Positions 20,621 through 30,570 of a stretch of DNA of 64,000 bases are shown here, one piece after another. The DNA is from Anaerolineae bacterium. GTDB lineage: Bacteria; Chloroflexota; Anaerolineae; DUEN01. Location: positions 7,319 to 71,318 of the forward strand of contig JANXBS010000020.1 of NCBI GenBank assembly GCA_025060615.1, in the 5' to 3' direction. Below the pieces are notes generated by a model. It was not told where the DNA came from and ran no database searches. It saw only the letters and a program-made list of their open reading frames with translations. Within the stretch, counting starts at the first letter, position 1. Every line of letters starts with the position of its first letter. The position numbers and the translations under genes are program-made.

Positions 20621-20673
20621 TAGAAAGTCAACGGGTATCAGCAGGTAGCTTGTGGACTTGTAGGAGGACATGG

Positions 20674-22407
20674 TTGGCGGCCATGGAGCGGCCGATAGCA
20701 GCACGGATGACCTTTCTGGAATGGCTGACCCTGGAACGGGCGGCGTATGGTGGCCTTTTGCTGTTCGCCGGGCTGTGGCGCGTATTTCAACTTGGCCTGT
20801 ATCCGCTGAGGCCGGACGAAGCTCACCAGGCGTTGACAGCTTGGGAGGCAGCGCAAGGGCAACCTGTCACGCTGTGGGGGCTCAGCCCACTGCTGTTCAC
20901 ACTGCAGGAGCTCACCTTCATTTTCATGCAGGCCGGCGATGCAGCAGCCCGTCTCGGGCCAGCGCTGGCGGGCTTGGCCATCTGTCTGATCCCCTATGCC
21001 CTGCGCTCGCGGTTGGGACGTGAAGAGGCGTTGATAGCTGCGGGGTTTCTGGCCCTCTCGCCTACGCTGACGTATTTCTCGCGATATGCCTCCGGAGACG
21101 TGATGGCGGCGATGTTCGCGTTAGCGGCGTTGGCGGCCGGGCTGGCTGCCGTAGAGGATCGACGCTGGCTGTCCTGGGTGGGGGTGTCGCTGGCGTTGGC
21201 GCTGCTCAGCGGGCCGGGAGCCTACACGGCATTGCTGGCAGGGATACTGTGTTTCGGATTTTGGATTTGGGATTTCGGGTTTCGGGCGTCAGAACTTGGA
21301 GGCCGGAAGCTTGGGATTGGCCGGGGATGGCTGGCGGGCGGCCTGGTTTTTCTGTTGGGGGCAACGGCCGGGCTGCGGCATTGGGATGGCGTCGGCGCGG
21401 CGGCGGGGCTGTTGGGCGCGTGGGCTGCGCGTTGGTCACACCCAGAGCTGGAGTATCCGATCTATTGGCCGTTGCTTCGGCTGATCCTGGACGAGCCGTT
21501 GCTACTTGTCTTTGGCATGTATGGAGCCATTGTAGGCGTGCGCCAGGGTGATGGGCTCTCTAGGACGCTCACGTTGTGGGCGGGATTGGCTGTGCTGCTG
21601 CCAACGTTGACGCCGGGCCGGCAGCCCGAGGACCTGGTGATCGCCATCCCACCGCTGGCATTGCTGGCAGGACAAGGCGCAACCTCTTTTCTGCACTGCT
21701 TGGACTTCGGCCCTGCTCGCCTAGAGGTTGCAGCTTTCCTCGCTGTCATGGGGGTATTGCTGGTTACCCTATATGTCTGGGTTTCCGGCTACAGCCTGTG
21801 GGGTACTGCCCAGTATGTGATCGCCATGCTAGCACCGCTGGGGCTGATGACAGGGCTAGCGTTGTTTTACGGCGTCTGGGTCGGCTGGCGGGTGACAGGG
21901 CAGGCGGTAGCGCTGTTTGGCTCAGCCGTGGGACTGTTATGGACGCTCAGCGCAGGTTGGATTAACGCCCATGGGGTGGATCTGAACCGGCGGCCGGCGG
22001 TTCAGTGGGAGATGACATCTGAGGAAGTGCGGATGCTGGCCGGGCAGGTCCAGCGGTTGTCCACGCAGCGGGTGGGCGATCCGCATCTGTTGCCTGTGGA
22101 GATCGTAGACACACCACAGGCGCCGGTGTTGCGATGGTATCTGCGAGATATAGCCGATCTTCGGATAATCGGGGCTCCATTGCGAGGCGAGGCCGCTCCA
22201 GTGGTGATCACACCATTCACCGCAGAGTGGGCGCCGGGCGAGCAATATAGGGGACAGGACTTCTTGGTCACCGAACGATGGACACCGATAGGACTACACG
22301 GGCGTGAGTTGGTGCGTTGGCTATTGCTACGCCAGGGGTTGACGCTAGCGGAACAACATCGCGCCATCTTGTGGGTAGAGGAAAGCAACGAGGTGCTGGG
22401 GCAATAA
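20674..22407 (+). CDS. TIGR03663-like GT-C membrane protein (divergent paralogue)
   Basis: RPDEAH, GDAAARL, LALSPTLTYFSRY match the N-terminus of the downstream gene. Start is TTG 20674 (SD AGGAGG) or ATG 20683. Confidence 0.7.
   Translation: MAAMERPIAARMTFLEWLTLERAAYGGLLLFAGLWRVFQLGLYPLRPDEAHQALTAWEAAQGQPVTLWGLSPLLFTLQELTFIFMQAGDAAARLGPALAGLAICLIPYALRSRLGREEALIAAGFLALSPTLTYFSRYASGDVMAAMFALAALAAGLAAVEDRRWLSWVGVSLALALLSGPGAYTALLAGILCFGFWIWDFGFRASELGGRKLGIGRGWLAGGLVFLLGATAGLRHWDGVGAAAGLLGAWAARWSHPELEYPIYWPLLRLILDEPLLLVFGMYGAIVGVRQGDGLSRTLTLWAGLAVLLPTLTPGRQPEDLVIAIPPLALLAGQGATSFLHCLDFGPARLEVAAFLAVMGVLLVTLYVWVSGYSLWGTAQYVIAMLAPLGLMTGLALFYGVWVGWRVTGQAVALFGSAVGLLWTLSAGWINAHGVDLNRRPAVQWEMTSEEVRMLAGQVQRLSTQRVGDPHLLPVEIVDTPQAPVLRWYLRDIADLRIIGAPLRGEAAPVVITPFTAEWAPGEQYRGQDFLVTERWTPIGLHGRELVRWLLLRQGLTLAEQHRAILWVEESNEVLGQ
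21252..21286 (+). repeat. Five heptamer tandem repeats inside a CDS
   Basis: TTTCGGA TTTTGGA TTTGGGA TTTCGGG TTTCGGG, encoding FGFWIWDFGFR. Confidence 0.75.
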
Positions 22408-22487
22408 GTCAGCGAGAAATTCAACTATCTCGTCGCCTTGCTGCCCGAATGCCTGCTATCTTCTTGACCAATGGCAAGGGGTCGGAG

Positions 22488-25400
22488 ATGGAGAAGAACT
22501 CTACCGAATCACCGTGTGCATGGGACACATCCTTGTTGGCGCTCATTCGATGGAACTGGGAGAAGACAGCCTGGGCCGTGGTGATCGCGATCGCGCTCGT
22601 GGCTCGTCTATACGGGTTGAGCTGGCGGGCGATGAGCCACGACGAGAGTTTGCACTCACTGTACTCGTGGCAGCTCTACGATGGGCGCGGCTATGAGCAT
22701 AACCCGATGATGCACGGCCCGTATCTGTTTCACCTCAACGCGCTGTTCTATTTTCTGTTCGGAGTCAATGACGCTACGGCGCGGGTCGCAGTGGCGCTGA
22801 CCGGCACTGGTATGGTAGCGTTACTGTGGTACCTGCGTCCGTGGTTGGGCCAAGTTGGCGCGTTGGCCGCCGCTGTCATGATGACCATCTCGCCTTCGCT
22901 GCTGTACTACTCGCGCTACATTCGTCATGACGTGCTGCTTGCGATGTGGGAGCTGGTGCTAGTGATCGCCGTGTTCCGGTATTTGCAAGATCGGCGGGAA
23001 CATTGGCTATACCTGGCCGCCGTCGCCCTGTCGCTGGCATACGCAACCATGGAGGCCTCGTTCATCAACACTGTTATCCTAGTCGGCTTCTTGCTCGTCT
23101 ATTTGCTCTTCCTGTTCTGGCGCGAGCGATGGGATCGGCCAAGGCATCGCTTGCCATTCTTCGCTTCATTTGTGCTGGGGAGTGGTGCGGCGATCGTAGC
23201 GCTGTACAGCGTAATCGAGGCGGAACCAGGTCAGCCCTCACCTTTAGCATTCCTCTTCGTTGCAGGGATGATCTTGCTGCTATGGGCGATTTACTTACTA
23301 TTCACTGGCCTGGGACAGCATATCAAGACATATCCTGAGATGGATGTCCTAATCTGGCTGGTCTCCCTATCCCTGCCCCTCTTTAGCGCCTTTCTGATCA
23401 AGCTCATGGGATGGGATCCGTTGGATTACTCATCCGCCGGCATCGTGCGTTCAGGGAGCGTACTGCTGGTGATGTCGGCGGCAGCGATCGCAATCGGATG
23501 GGGATGGGCAGGTCAGCGCTGGCTGGTCGGCGCTGGGCTGTTCTACGCGATCTTCCTAACGCTATTCACCACATTCTTTACCAACGGCAAGGGATTTGCA
23601 ACGGGCATCATCGGCAGCTTAGGATACTGGATGGCACAGCAGGAAGTCCAGCGCGGAGGCCAACCATGGTATTACTACCTGCTCCTAGGCCCGATGTATG
23701 AGTTCCTGCCGCTGTTGCTCAGCCTGGGCGGGATCATAACCTTCGTCGCTGTGAATCTGTCTCCTGTCACAAGAGGCTTGCGGCCACTGCGGGCGCGTGT
23801 GCCAGCTAAGGTTGCCTTGCATCGCCAGCCTATATCGCAGCGAGAGACAGCTCCAGGGAGACTGCCTATCAACCCGGAGCCGGCGGCGCGAGCCGATCCA
23901 AACGAAAAGGAAGGCGCCACTGTGAGAGCGCCGCTAGTGCTGTATCTAATCTGGTGGACGTTATTCGCCTGGGGCATGTTCAGTTGGGCCGGCGAGAAGA
24001 TGCCATGGCTAACGTTACATCTGGCGTTTCCGATGACGCTGTTGGGTGGCTGGTTTGCGAATTGGCTGTGGGAACGGGTGGATCGCCAGGCGTTGCGTGA
24101 ACGAGCGTGGTGGAAGCTGGCGATCGTGTTGCCGCTGCTAGCCTTCACCCTGGGGCCGCTGAGCGATTTTCTGCGCCGATTGGTGGCCGGTCAGGCGTTT
24201 CGAGATACTACCATCAATGGACTGAGCGCAACGACGCAAGGGATGGCGGCCTTGGTGATGTCAGTAGCGTTGATCTACCTGGGGTGGGGCTACGCGGAGC
24301 GGTTGGGTGCCCGTCACAGCCTGTCAGTAGTGGCAGGCCTATTGATTCTTGGGCTAACGATGTGGACCGTGCGCGTCACCTGGATGCTGAACTACATCAA
24401 CTATGACCTGGTCAACGAGATGCTGGTCTACGCGCATGGCACGCCTGATATCAAATTCGTCATGAACGAGATCGAGATGATCTCGCGACGCACGGTGGGG
24501 GACAAGCAGATCAAGTTGGCCTACGATGACGATTCCACCTGGCCGCTGGAGTGGTATCTGCGCGAGTATCCCAACAAGGTGTTCTACGGGGCGAATCCTA
24601 GCCGCGAGGCGCTGGACGCGCCAGTGGTGATCGTGGGAGATAAGAACGAGAGCAAAGCCAGGCCGTTCCTGGGCAACAAATACCTGCGCTATAAGTACCG
24701 ATTGGTCTGGTGGCCACGCGAGGATTACAAGGGGCTAACCTGGGAACGGCTGTGGAACGGTATTCGGGATCCGGAGAAGCGACGCAAATTCTGGGATGTC
24801 CTGCTCTATCGGAAGTGGGATACGCCGCTGAACCAGTGGCCCTATGTCCACAACTTTTACCTGTACGTGCGACGGGACATCGCAGCGCAAGTATGGAATT
24901 TCGGCGCCGGGCCGGTGGAGACGCCGGCGGTAGTGGACCCCTACGAAAAAGGATACCGCGAGGTAGCTGCCATCCGCCAGATTGGCGTGACCGGACTGCC
25001 GGGCATGGCGCCAGGGCAGTTCCAGACGCCGCGCGGCGTGGCGATTGCCCCGGACGGCCGGATTGTCGTGGCCGACAGCGGTAACCACCGCATCCAGGTG
25101 TTCGACGCACAGGGTGACTTCCTGACGGCCTGGGGATCGAGCTGTGACCTGTATGCAGAGGGACGGCCAGGGTGTGTGGATCCTGACGGTAACGGGCCGC
25201 TCCAGTTAGGCGATGGCCAGTTCCATGAGCCGTGGGGGGTAGCGGCGGATGCGCAAGGCAACATCTACGTGGCCGACACGTGGAACCATCGCATTCAGAA
25301 GTTCAGCCCGGATGGCAGGTTCCTCAAGAAGTGGGGATTCTTCATCACGACAGGTGGGCAACTGGGTGAGCCGATAGGGATGTGGGGGCCGCGCGCCATC

Positions 25401-25904
25401 GTCGTGGATGAGCAGGGAAACCTCTACGTCACTGACACTGGCAACAAACGTGTGCAGAAGTTCGACCCGGAGGGCAACTTCCTAGGGCAATGGGGCGGTG
25501 GCGGCGTGGTCGAGGGACGCATGGACGAGCCCGTCGGCCTGGCCATCGACGCCCAGGGGAATTTCTACGTGGCAGATACCTGGAATCGGCGCATTCAGAA
25601 GTTCGACGCCAATTTCGCCTTCATCAAAGAGTGGCCGATCGCCGGTTGGGAGAGCCAATCCATCGTCAACAAACCTTACCTGGCCATAGATCGTGAGGCC
25701 GGGCTGGTGTACGCGACGGACCCGGAGGGATATCGGGTGCTGGTGTTCGACACAGAAGGCAACTTCCGGGCCGCGTTTGGCCAATATGGGTCTGATGAGA
25801 AGTCGTTCGGGCTTCCTAACGGCGTTGCCGTGGATGCCCAGGGCCACGTCTATGTGGCCGATGCCGACAACCATCGGATCATGGTGTTCCCGCGGGTTCA
25901 ATGA
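22488..25904 (+). CDS. TIGR03663-family (Agl23-like) GT-C membrane protein fused to a C-terminal NHL beta-propeller
   Basis: SHDES and HGP motifs, SPSLLYYSRYIRHD, GEKMPWL. About six NHL repeats (PRGVAIAPDG.IVVADSGNHRIQVFD, PWGVAAD..GNIYVADTWNHRIQKF). Start moved to ATG 22488. Confidence 0.82.
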   Translation: MEKNSTESPCAWDTSLLALIRWNWEKTAWAVVIAIALVARLYGLSWRAMSHDESLHSLYSWQLYDGRGYEHNPMMHGPYLFHLNALFYFLFGVNDATARVAVALTGTGMVALLWYLRPWLGQVGALAAAVMMTISPSLLYYSRYIRHDVLLAMWELVLVIAVFRYLQDRREHWLYLAAVALSLAYATMEASFINTVILVGFLLVYLLFLFWRERWDRPRHRLPFFASFVLGSGAAIVALYSVIEAEPGQPSPLAFLFVAGMILLLWAIYLLFTGLGQHIKTYPEMDVLIWLVSLSLPLFSAFLIKLMGWDPLDYSSAGIVRSGSVLLVMSAAAIAIGWGWAGQRWLVGAGLFYAIFLTLFTTFFTNGKGFATGIIGSLGYWMAQQEVQRGGQPWYYYLLLGPMYEFLPLLLSLGGIITFVAVNLSPVTRGLRPLRARVPAKVALHRQPISQRETAPGRLPINPEPAARADPNEKEGATVRAPLVLYLIWWTLFAWGMFSWAGEKMPWLTLHLAFPMTLLGGWFANWLWERVDRQALRERAWWKLAIVLPLLAFTLGPLSDFLRRLVAGQAFRDTTINGLSATTQGMAALVMSVALIYLGWGYAERLGARHSLSVVAGLLILGLTMWTVRVTWMLNYINYDLVNEMLVYAHGTPDIKFVMNEIEMISRRTVGDKQIKLAYDDDSTWPLEWYLREYPNKVFYGANPSREALDAPVVIVGDKNESKARPFLGNKYLRYKYRLVWWPREDYKGLTWERLWNGIRDPEKRRKFWDVLLYRKWDTPLNQWPYVHNFYLYVRRDIAAQVWNFGAGPVETPAVVDPYEKGYREVAAIRQIGVTGLPGMAPGQFQTPRGVAIAPDGRIVVADSGNHRIQVFDAQGDFLTAWGSSCDLYAEGRPGCVDPDGNGPLQLGDGQFHEPWGVAADAQGNIYVADTWNHRIQKFSPDGRFLKKWGFFITTGGQLGEPIGMWGPRAIVVDEQGNLYVTDTGNKRVQKFDPEGNFLGQWGGGGVVEGRMDEPVGLAIDAQGNFYVADTWNRRIQKFDANFAFIKEWPIAGWESQSIVNKPYLAIDREAGLVYATDPEGYRVLVFDTEGNFRAAFGQYGSDEKSFGLPNGVAVDAQGHVYVADADNHRIMVFPRVQ

Positions 25905-25947
25905 TGGGCGCGCGTTCGAGGAGCGAGAGACTTACGGAAGGTGTGCG

Positions 25948-26955
25948 ATGGCTCAACCGCCGATCTCCCCGCAGTTCCTGGTCACTGGCGCTCAGGGATG
26001 TATCGGTGCCTGGGTGATTTATCGGCTAGTGACGGCTGGTTATCAACCTTTCGCTTTCGATCTCGATCCTACTCCGCGCCGGCTGCGGCTGATCGCAACG
26101 CCAGAGGAGATCGAACGCGTACACTTCGTCGCCGGTGACATCACCGACGGCGACCATCTGATGCATATCGTGCTGACACAGAGGATCACCCACATCATCC
26201 ATTTGGCGGCCTTACAGATCCCCGCCTGCCGTGCGGATCCCCTCTTGGGGGCGAGGGTTAACGTACTGGGCACGCTCAATGTGTTCGAGGCGGCCCGCCG
26301 CTTGCGCGATCAGGTGCAGCGCGTGGTGTATGCTTCGTCGGCCGCAGCATTTGGGCCGGAGGAGGCTTATGGCCCCGAGGCGGTCCCCGACACGGCTTCG
26401 CTGGCACCGACTACCCATTACGGCGTATTCAAACAATGTAATGAGGGGAACGCTCGCGTCTACTGGCTAGAGCATGGTATCACCTCCATCGGCCTGCGGC
26501 CGTGGGCGGTATATGGGGTTGGACGTGATCAGGGATTGACTGCCGACCCTACCCGGGCGATCTTGGCGGCGTTGCAAGGTCGCCCCTTTCGCATTGGCTT
26601 CGGCGGTCGCGCCGACATGCAGTATGTGGACGATGTGGCGCGCGTCTTCATCGCCTGCGCGCTGACGCCATATCAAGGGGCAGGTGTTTTTAATCTGCGC
26701 GGCGATGTGGTGACGGTAGACGAGCTCATCGAAGCCATCGAAGCGGCCGTGCCAGGGGCTCGCCAGCTTATCACACATGGCGATCAGCAGATCCCTATTG
26801 CCCCATCGCTGGACGACAGTGGGTTGCGGGCGTTATTAGGGAAGGTGCCGCACACGCCTCTGCGGGAAGGGATAGCCTGCACAGCGGAGCGCTTCCGTCA
26901 GCTCCTGGCCGAGGGTCGGATAGGTGACATAAGCCGGGATGGCCGTGCAACGTAA
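25948..26955 (+). CDS. NAD-dependent epimerase/dehydratase (extended SDR)
   Basis: LVTGAQGCIG Rossmann motif, HLAA, YGVFK catalytic YxxxK. Start moved to ATG 25948. Confidence 0.9.
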   Translation: MAQPPISPQFLVTGAQGCIGAWVIYRLVTAGYQPFAFDLDPTPRRLRLIATPEEIERVHFVAGDITDGDHLMHIVLTQRITHIIHLAALQIPACRADPLLGARVNVLGTLNVFEAARRLRDQVQRVVYASSAAAFGPEEAYGPEAVPDTASLAPTTHYGVFKQCNEGNARVYWLEHGITSIGLRPWAVYGVGRDQGLTADPTRAILAALQGRPFRIGFGGRADMQYVDDVARVFIACALTPYQGAGVFNLRGDVVTVDELIEAIEAAVPGARQLITHGDQQIPIAPSLDDSGLRALLGKVPHTPLREGIACTAERFRQLLAEGRIGDISRDGRAT

Positions 26956-27055
26956 ATCGTGCTCGAGCTTGCAGGCAATCTGCTGGTTTAGGTTAAAATA
27001 TTGAGGAGTAAGAGCGTTTCTGTTTAGCCCATCGGATTAGACAGGGAGGTCAAGG

Positions 27056-28219
27056 ATGTCCAATCCCGCGGAGGTGTCAGATAAGGTGGCGAAAGGGCTG
27101 GAAGGCATAGTGGTCGCCACCACCCAGCTCAGCAAGGTAGACGGTATCGCGGGCCGCCTATACTACCGGGGATACAACATTGATGACCTGGCGGAACACG
27201 CGACGTTCGAGGAGGTCGCATACCTGCTGTGGTTCGGACATCTGCCGAACCGACAGGAGCTAGCCCAAATCCGAAGCATGATGGTCCAGCACCGCTTCAC
27301 GCTCTACCCGGAAGTGATAGACCTGCTGCGCCGTATACCTCGCCAGGCAGTGCCGATGTCCGTCCTGCGCTGCGTGGTTTCGTTCCTAGGCCATTATGAT
27401 CCTGACGCCGAGGACAACAGCCCAGAGGCATCTATCAAGAAGGCGTATCTGCTGACCAGCCAATTTGCCAATGCTATCGCTGCGTTCGATCGTCTGCGCA
27501 AGGGGCTGGAGCCAATCGAACCCCGCCGAGACCTGAACCACGCCGGCAATTTCCTGTACATGCTGACCGGCCAGGAGCCGGACGACGTTGCTAGCCGCGC
27601 GCTGGAAATGTATCTGATTCTGCTGGCCGACCACGGGTTTAACGCCTCCACCTTTGCCGCCCGGGTGACGGCGTCCACGCTGAGCGATATGTATTCGGCC
27701 ATCACCTCAGCGGTGGGCGCGCTCAAGGGGCCGCTGCATGGCGCAGCTAACGAAGGAGCGATGGAGCAGTTCATGGAAATTGGCTCTGTGGCGAACGTAG
27801 AAGTGTGGTTCCAAAGGGCTAAGGCGGAAAAGCGACGGATCATGGGAGTGGGGCATCGTGTGTACAAGGTCTTCGATCCGCGCGGCCGGCATCTGCGACA
27901 TGTCGCGCTGCAACTAACGGAGACCACCCAGGATCGGCGCTGGCTGGATATCGCGCTGAAGCTGGAGCAGGTGGTGAAGGATGATCCGTACTTCAACGAG
28001 CGCCGGCTGTATCCCAACGTGGACTACTACTCCGCGCCGTTGTTGTACACGCTGGGCATCGCCATAGATCTGTTCCCAACGATTTTTGCGATGGCCCGTA
28101 TCGTTGGATGGACGGCTCATGTCATGGAGCAATGGGCGGATAATCGGCTGATCCGCCCGAAAGAAGAGTACGTTGGGCCACTAGACCTGCCCTGGGTGCC
28201 GTTGGAGCAGCGTCATTGA
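27056..28219 (+). CDS. gltA: Citrate synthase (type I-like; citrate/2-methylcitrate synthase family)
   Basis: LYYRGY, DHGFNASTFAARV, GPLHGAANE, GVGHRVYK, YPNVDYYS. Confidence 0.93.
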   Translation: MSNPAEVSDKVAKGLEGIVVATTQLSKVDGIAGRLYYRGYNIDDLAEHATFEEVAYLLWFGHLPNRQELAQIRSMMVQHRFTLYPEVIDLLRRIPRQAVPMSVLRCVVSFLGHYDPDAEDNSPEASIKKAYLLTSQFANAIAAFDRLRKGLEPIEPRRDLNHAGNFLYMLTGQEPDDVASRALEMYLILLADHGFNASTFAARVTASTLSDMYSAITSAVGALKGPLHGAANEGAMEQFMEIGSVANVEVWFQRAKAEKRRIMGVGHRVYKVFDPRGRHLRHVALQLTETTQDRRWLDIALKLEQVVKDDPYFNERRLYPNVDYYSAPLLYTLGIAIDLFPTIFAMARIVGWTAHVMEQWADNRLIRPKEEYVGPLDLPWVPLEQRH

Positions 28220-28233
28220 ATCCATAGAAATTC

Positions 28234-29424
28234 ATGGAGGCAAGCTTGAGGAGCTCTGAGCCACTGGCACAGCGTGCGGCCGCGCTGCGGCAAACGTTTG
28301 TGAACCGCTATGGCCGAGAGCCGCAGATCCTCGTGCGCGCTCCTGGCCGGGTCAACCTGATCGGTGAGCATACCGATTACAATGATGGCTTCGTTTTGCC
28401 CGCAGCCATCGATCGAGAGGTCCTCCTGGCAGCGGCCCGTCGCAATGATGACCGAGTGCATCTGCTGGCAGTGGACCTGAACGGCGAGGACGAGTTTTCC
28501 CTGACGGCTATAGCTCGCCATGCGGAGCGACGATGGCCTAACTACCACCGGGGCGTGGCCGCGATGCTCCAGGCTCGCGGCTGCAGGCTGGTGGGAGCTG
28601 ATGTGGCGTTCTCTAGCAACATCCCCATCGGCGCCGGGCTCAGCTCCTCGGCGGCCGTAGAGATGGCGGCGGCCTTCGGCTTTCTAGCCCTCGCCGGCCA
28701 GGAGATGGACCGCGTGCAGATGGCGCTGGCTTGCCAGCAGGCGGAGCACGAGTACGCGGGCGTGCCCTGTGGGATCATGGATCAGTTAATCAGCGCGTTG
28801 GGCAGAGCCGATCATGCGTTGCTGATCGACTGCCGAGATCTGAGCTATCGCCACGTGCTGATGCCGAAGGGAGCGCGCATCGTGGTGGCGGACACCAGCG
28901 TGCGACGGGACCTAGCCAGCTCGGAGTATCGGGTGCGACGCGCTCAGTGTGAGGAAGCCGTTGATATCCTGCGGAATGAGCTGCCCGGCATTCGCGCGCT
29001 GCGCGATGTGAGCCTGGATGACCTGCTACGGCATCGACACCGATTGCCGGATGTCGTGTTTCGCCGGGCTCGGCATGTCATCACCGAAAACCAGCGCGTG
29101 TTAGATATGGCGACGGCCTTGGAGCGCGGTGATTTGGCATGTGCAGGACGGCTGCTGGCCGACTCGCACCGCAGCCTGCGAGATGATTACGAAGTAAGCA
29201 GTCCAGAGTTAGACGCGCTGGTGGAGGCAGCCATGGCTGCGCCCGGGTGTTTTGGCGCTCGCCTGACCGGGGCCGGATTCGGTGGGTGTACCGTCAGCCT
29301 GGTCGCTGACGGCGCGGTAGCAGACTTCGCTTACCACGTGTCCCAGGCATATCGGGAGCGCACGGGACGCCAGGCGCTCGTGTACGTGACCAACGCAGCC
29401 GATGGAGTGGGGTTTGTCAATTGA
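28234..29424 (+). CDS. galK: Galactokinase
   Basis: APGRVNLIGEHTDYNDGFVLP, PIGAGLSSSAA, GARLTGAGFGGC. Confidence 0.95.
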   Translation: MEASLRSSEPLAQRAAALRQTFVNRYGREPQILVRAPGRVNLIGEHTDYNDGFVLPAAIDREVLLAAARRNDDRVHLLAVDLNGEDEFSLTAIARHAERRWPNYHRGVAAMLQARGCRLVGADVAFSSNIPIGAGLSSSAAVEMAAAFGFLALAGQEMDRVQMALACQQAEHEYAGVPCGIMDQLISALGRADHALLIDCRDLSYRHVLMPKGARIVVADTSVRRDLASSEYRVRRAQCEEAVDILRNELPGIRALRDVSLDDLLRHRHRLPDVVFRRARHVITENQRVLDMATALERGDLACAGRLLADSHRSLRDDYEVSSPELDALVEAAMAAPGCFGARLTGAGFGGCTVSLVADGAVADFAYHVSQAYRERTGRQALVYVTNAADGVGFVN

Positions 29425-29429
29425 TCGGC

Positions 29430-30563
29430 TCATCGCAGATACCTGCGGACATTCTGGGCGTGCTCTTCGAATGTGCGGGCGAAGACGTGAGCGCCGTCGC
29501 CACGGGCGACGAAGTAAAGGAACTCGCTCTCCTGGGGCTGGAGCACAGCTCGAATCGAGTCCAGGCCAGGATTGCAAATAGGGCCAGGGGGGAGCCCAGG
29601 ATACAGGTAGGTATTATAGGGTGAGTCCACAGCCGCGTACTCTTCTAGCGAGACCGGGGTCTTCCACCACTGGCCAGTAGCCGGCTGATATCCCATTGCA
29701 TATTGGACGGTGGGATCAGCCTCCAAGCGCATGCCTCGACGCAGCCGGTTCAGATAGACACCAGCGATCAGCGGCCGCTCCTCCGGGATCACAGCCTCAC
29801 GCTCTACGATGGAAGCCAGGGTCAACACTTGGTGTGCGTTCAGCCCATCGGGGTGCGGCGTGGACGCCAAGAGCGGAGTCACTTTTTGATCGAAGTTGTC
29901 AAGCATGCGCCGGATGAGGTCCTCTGGGGTCGCCTGTTCAGGCAGCTCATATGTGTCAGGGAACAGATAGCCTTCCAGAGAGGCGCCCGCCGGCAGATCA
30001 GCTAGGAATGGGTAATCGCCCAGCGCGGCGGCCGTTGCAACTCCTGCCTCCACCTTGCGCAGGAAAGCCTGGCCGTTCATCACCCCTGAGCGTTCTAGCG
30101 CGTCGGCGATCTGGCCAGCGCGCCACCCCTCTGGCACCGTCACCAACACGCCCAACGCCCGGCCGTGTTGGAGGCGCAGCGCAATTTCCATCATGGTCAT
30201 ACTTGGAGCCAGCCGGAACTGACCTGCCTGCATCCCGACGTCGAGCCGGTGATAGCGCAGGTACCGCCGAAATAGCTCAGCGTCGGTGATGAGCCCGGCC
30301 GCTTCCAGTCGGCGTGCCACCGACGCCACCGACTCGCCCGGCTCGATGGTGAAGAGCACAAGTGTGCGATCGGTCCCGGCCGGCCGGGCAAGCTTCTCTT
30401 CATTGGCGCGCAGATAGACAGCCAGAGCTGCGTCGGACAAGCTGTCGCCGGGCAGGCCAGAACAGGCGGATAGCCAGAGGAATGCCCCGATAAGAGCCAG
30501 AATTGGCAGCCAGGCCTGACAAAATCGTCGCGGTTCGCCATATGAAGTCGAAAGCCTGAACAT
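29430..30563 (-). CDS. mltG: Endolytic transglycosylase MltG (YceG-like), lipoprotein-type
   Basis: [52 protein letters not shown]. Start moved to ATG 30563 (SD GAGGAG); LSAC lipobox. Confidence 0.93.
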   Translation of the reverse strand: MFRLSTSYGEPRRFCQAWLPILALIGAFLWLSACSGLPGDSLSDAALAVYLRANEEKLARPAGTDRTLVLFTIEPGESVASVARRLEAAGLITDAELFRRYLRYHRLDVGMQAGQFRLAPSMTMMEIALRLQHGRALGVLVTVPEGWRAGQIADALERSGVMNGQAFLRKVEAGVATAAALGDYPFLADLPAGASLEGYLFPDTYELPEQATPEDLIRRMLDNFDQKVTPLLASTPHPDGLNAHQVLTLASIVEREAVIPEERPLIAGVYLNRLRRGMRLEADPTVQYAMGYQPATGQWWKTPVSLEEYAAVDSPYNTYLYPGLPPGPICNPGLDSIRAVLQPQESEFLYFVARGDGAHVFARTFEEHAQNVRRYLR

Positions 30564-30570
30564 CCTCTCC

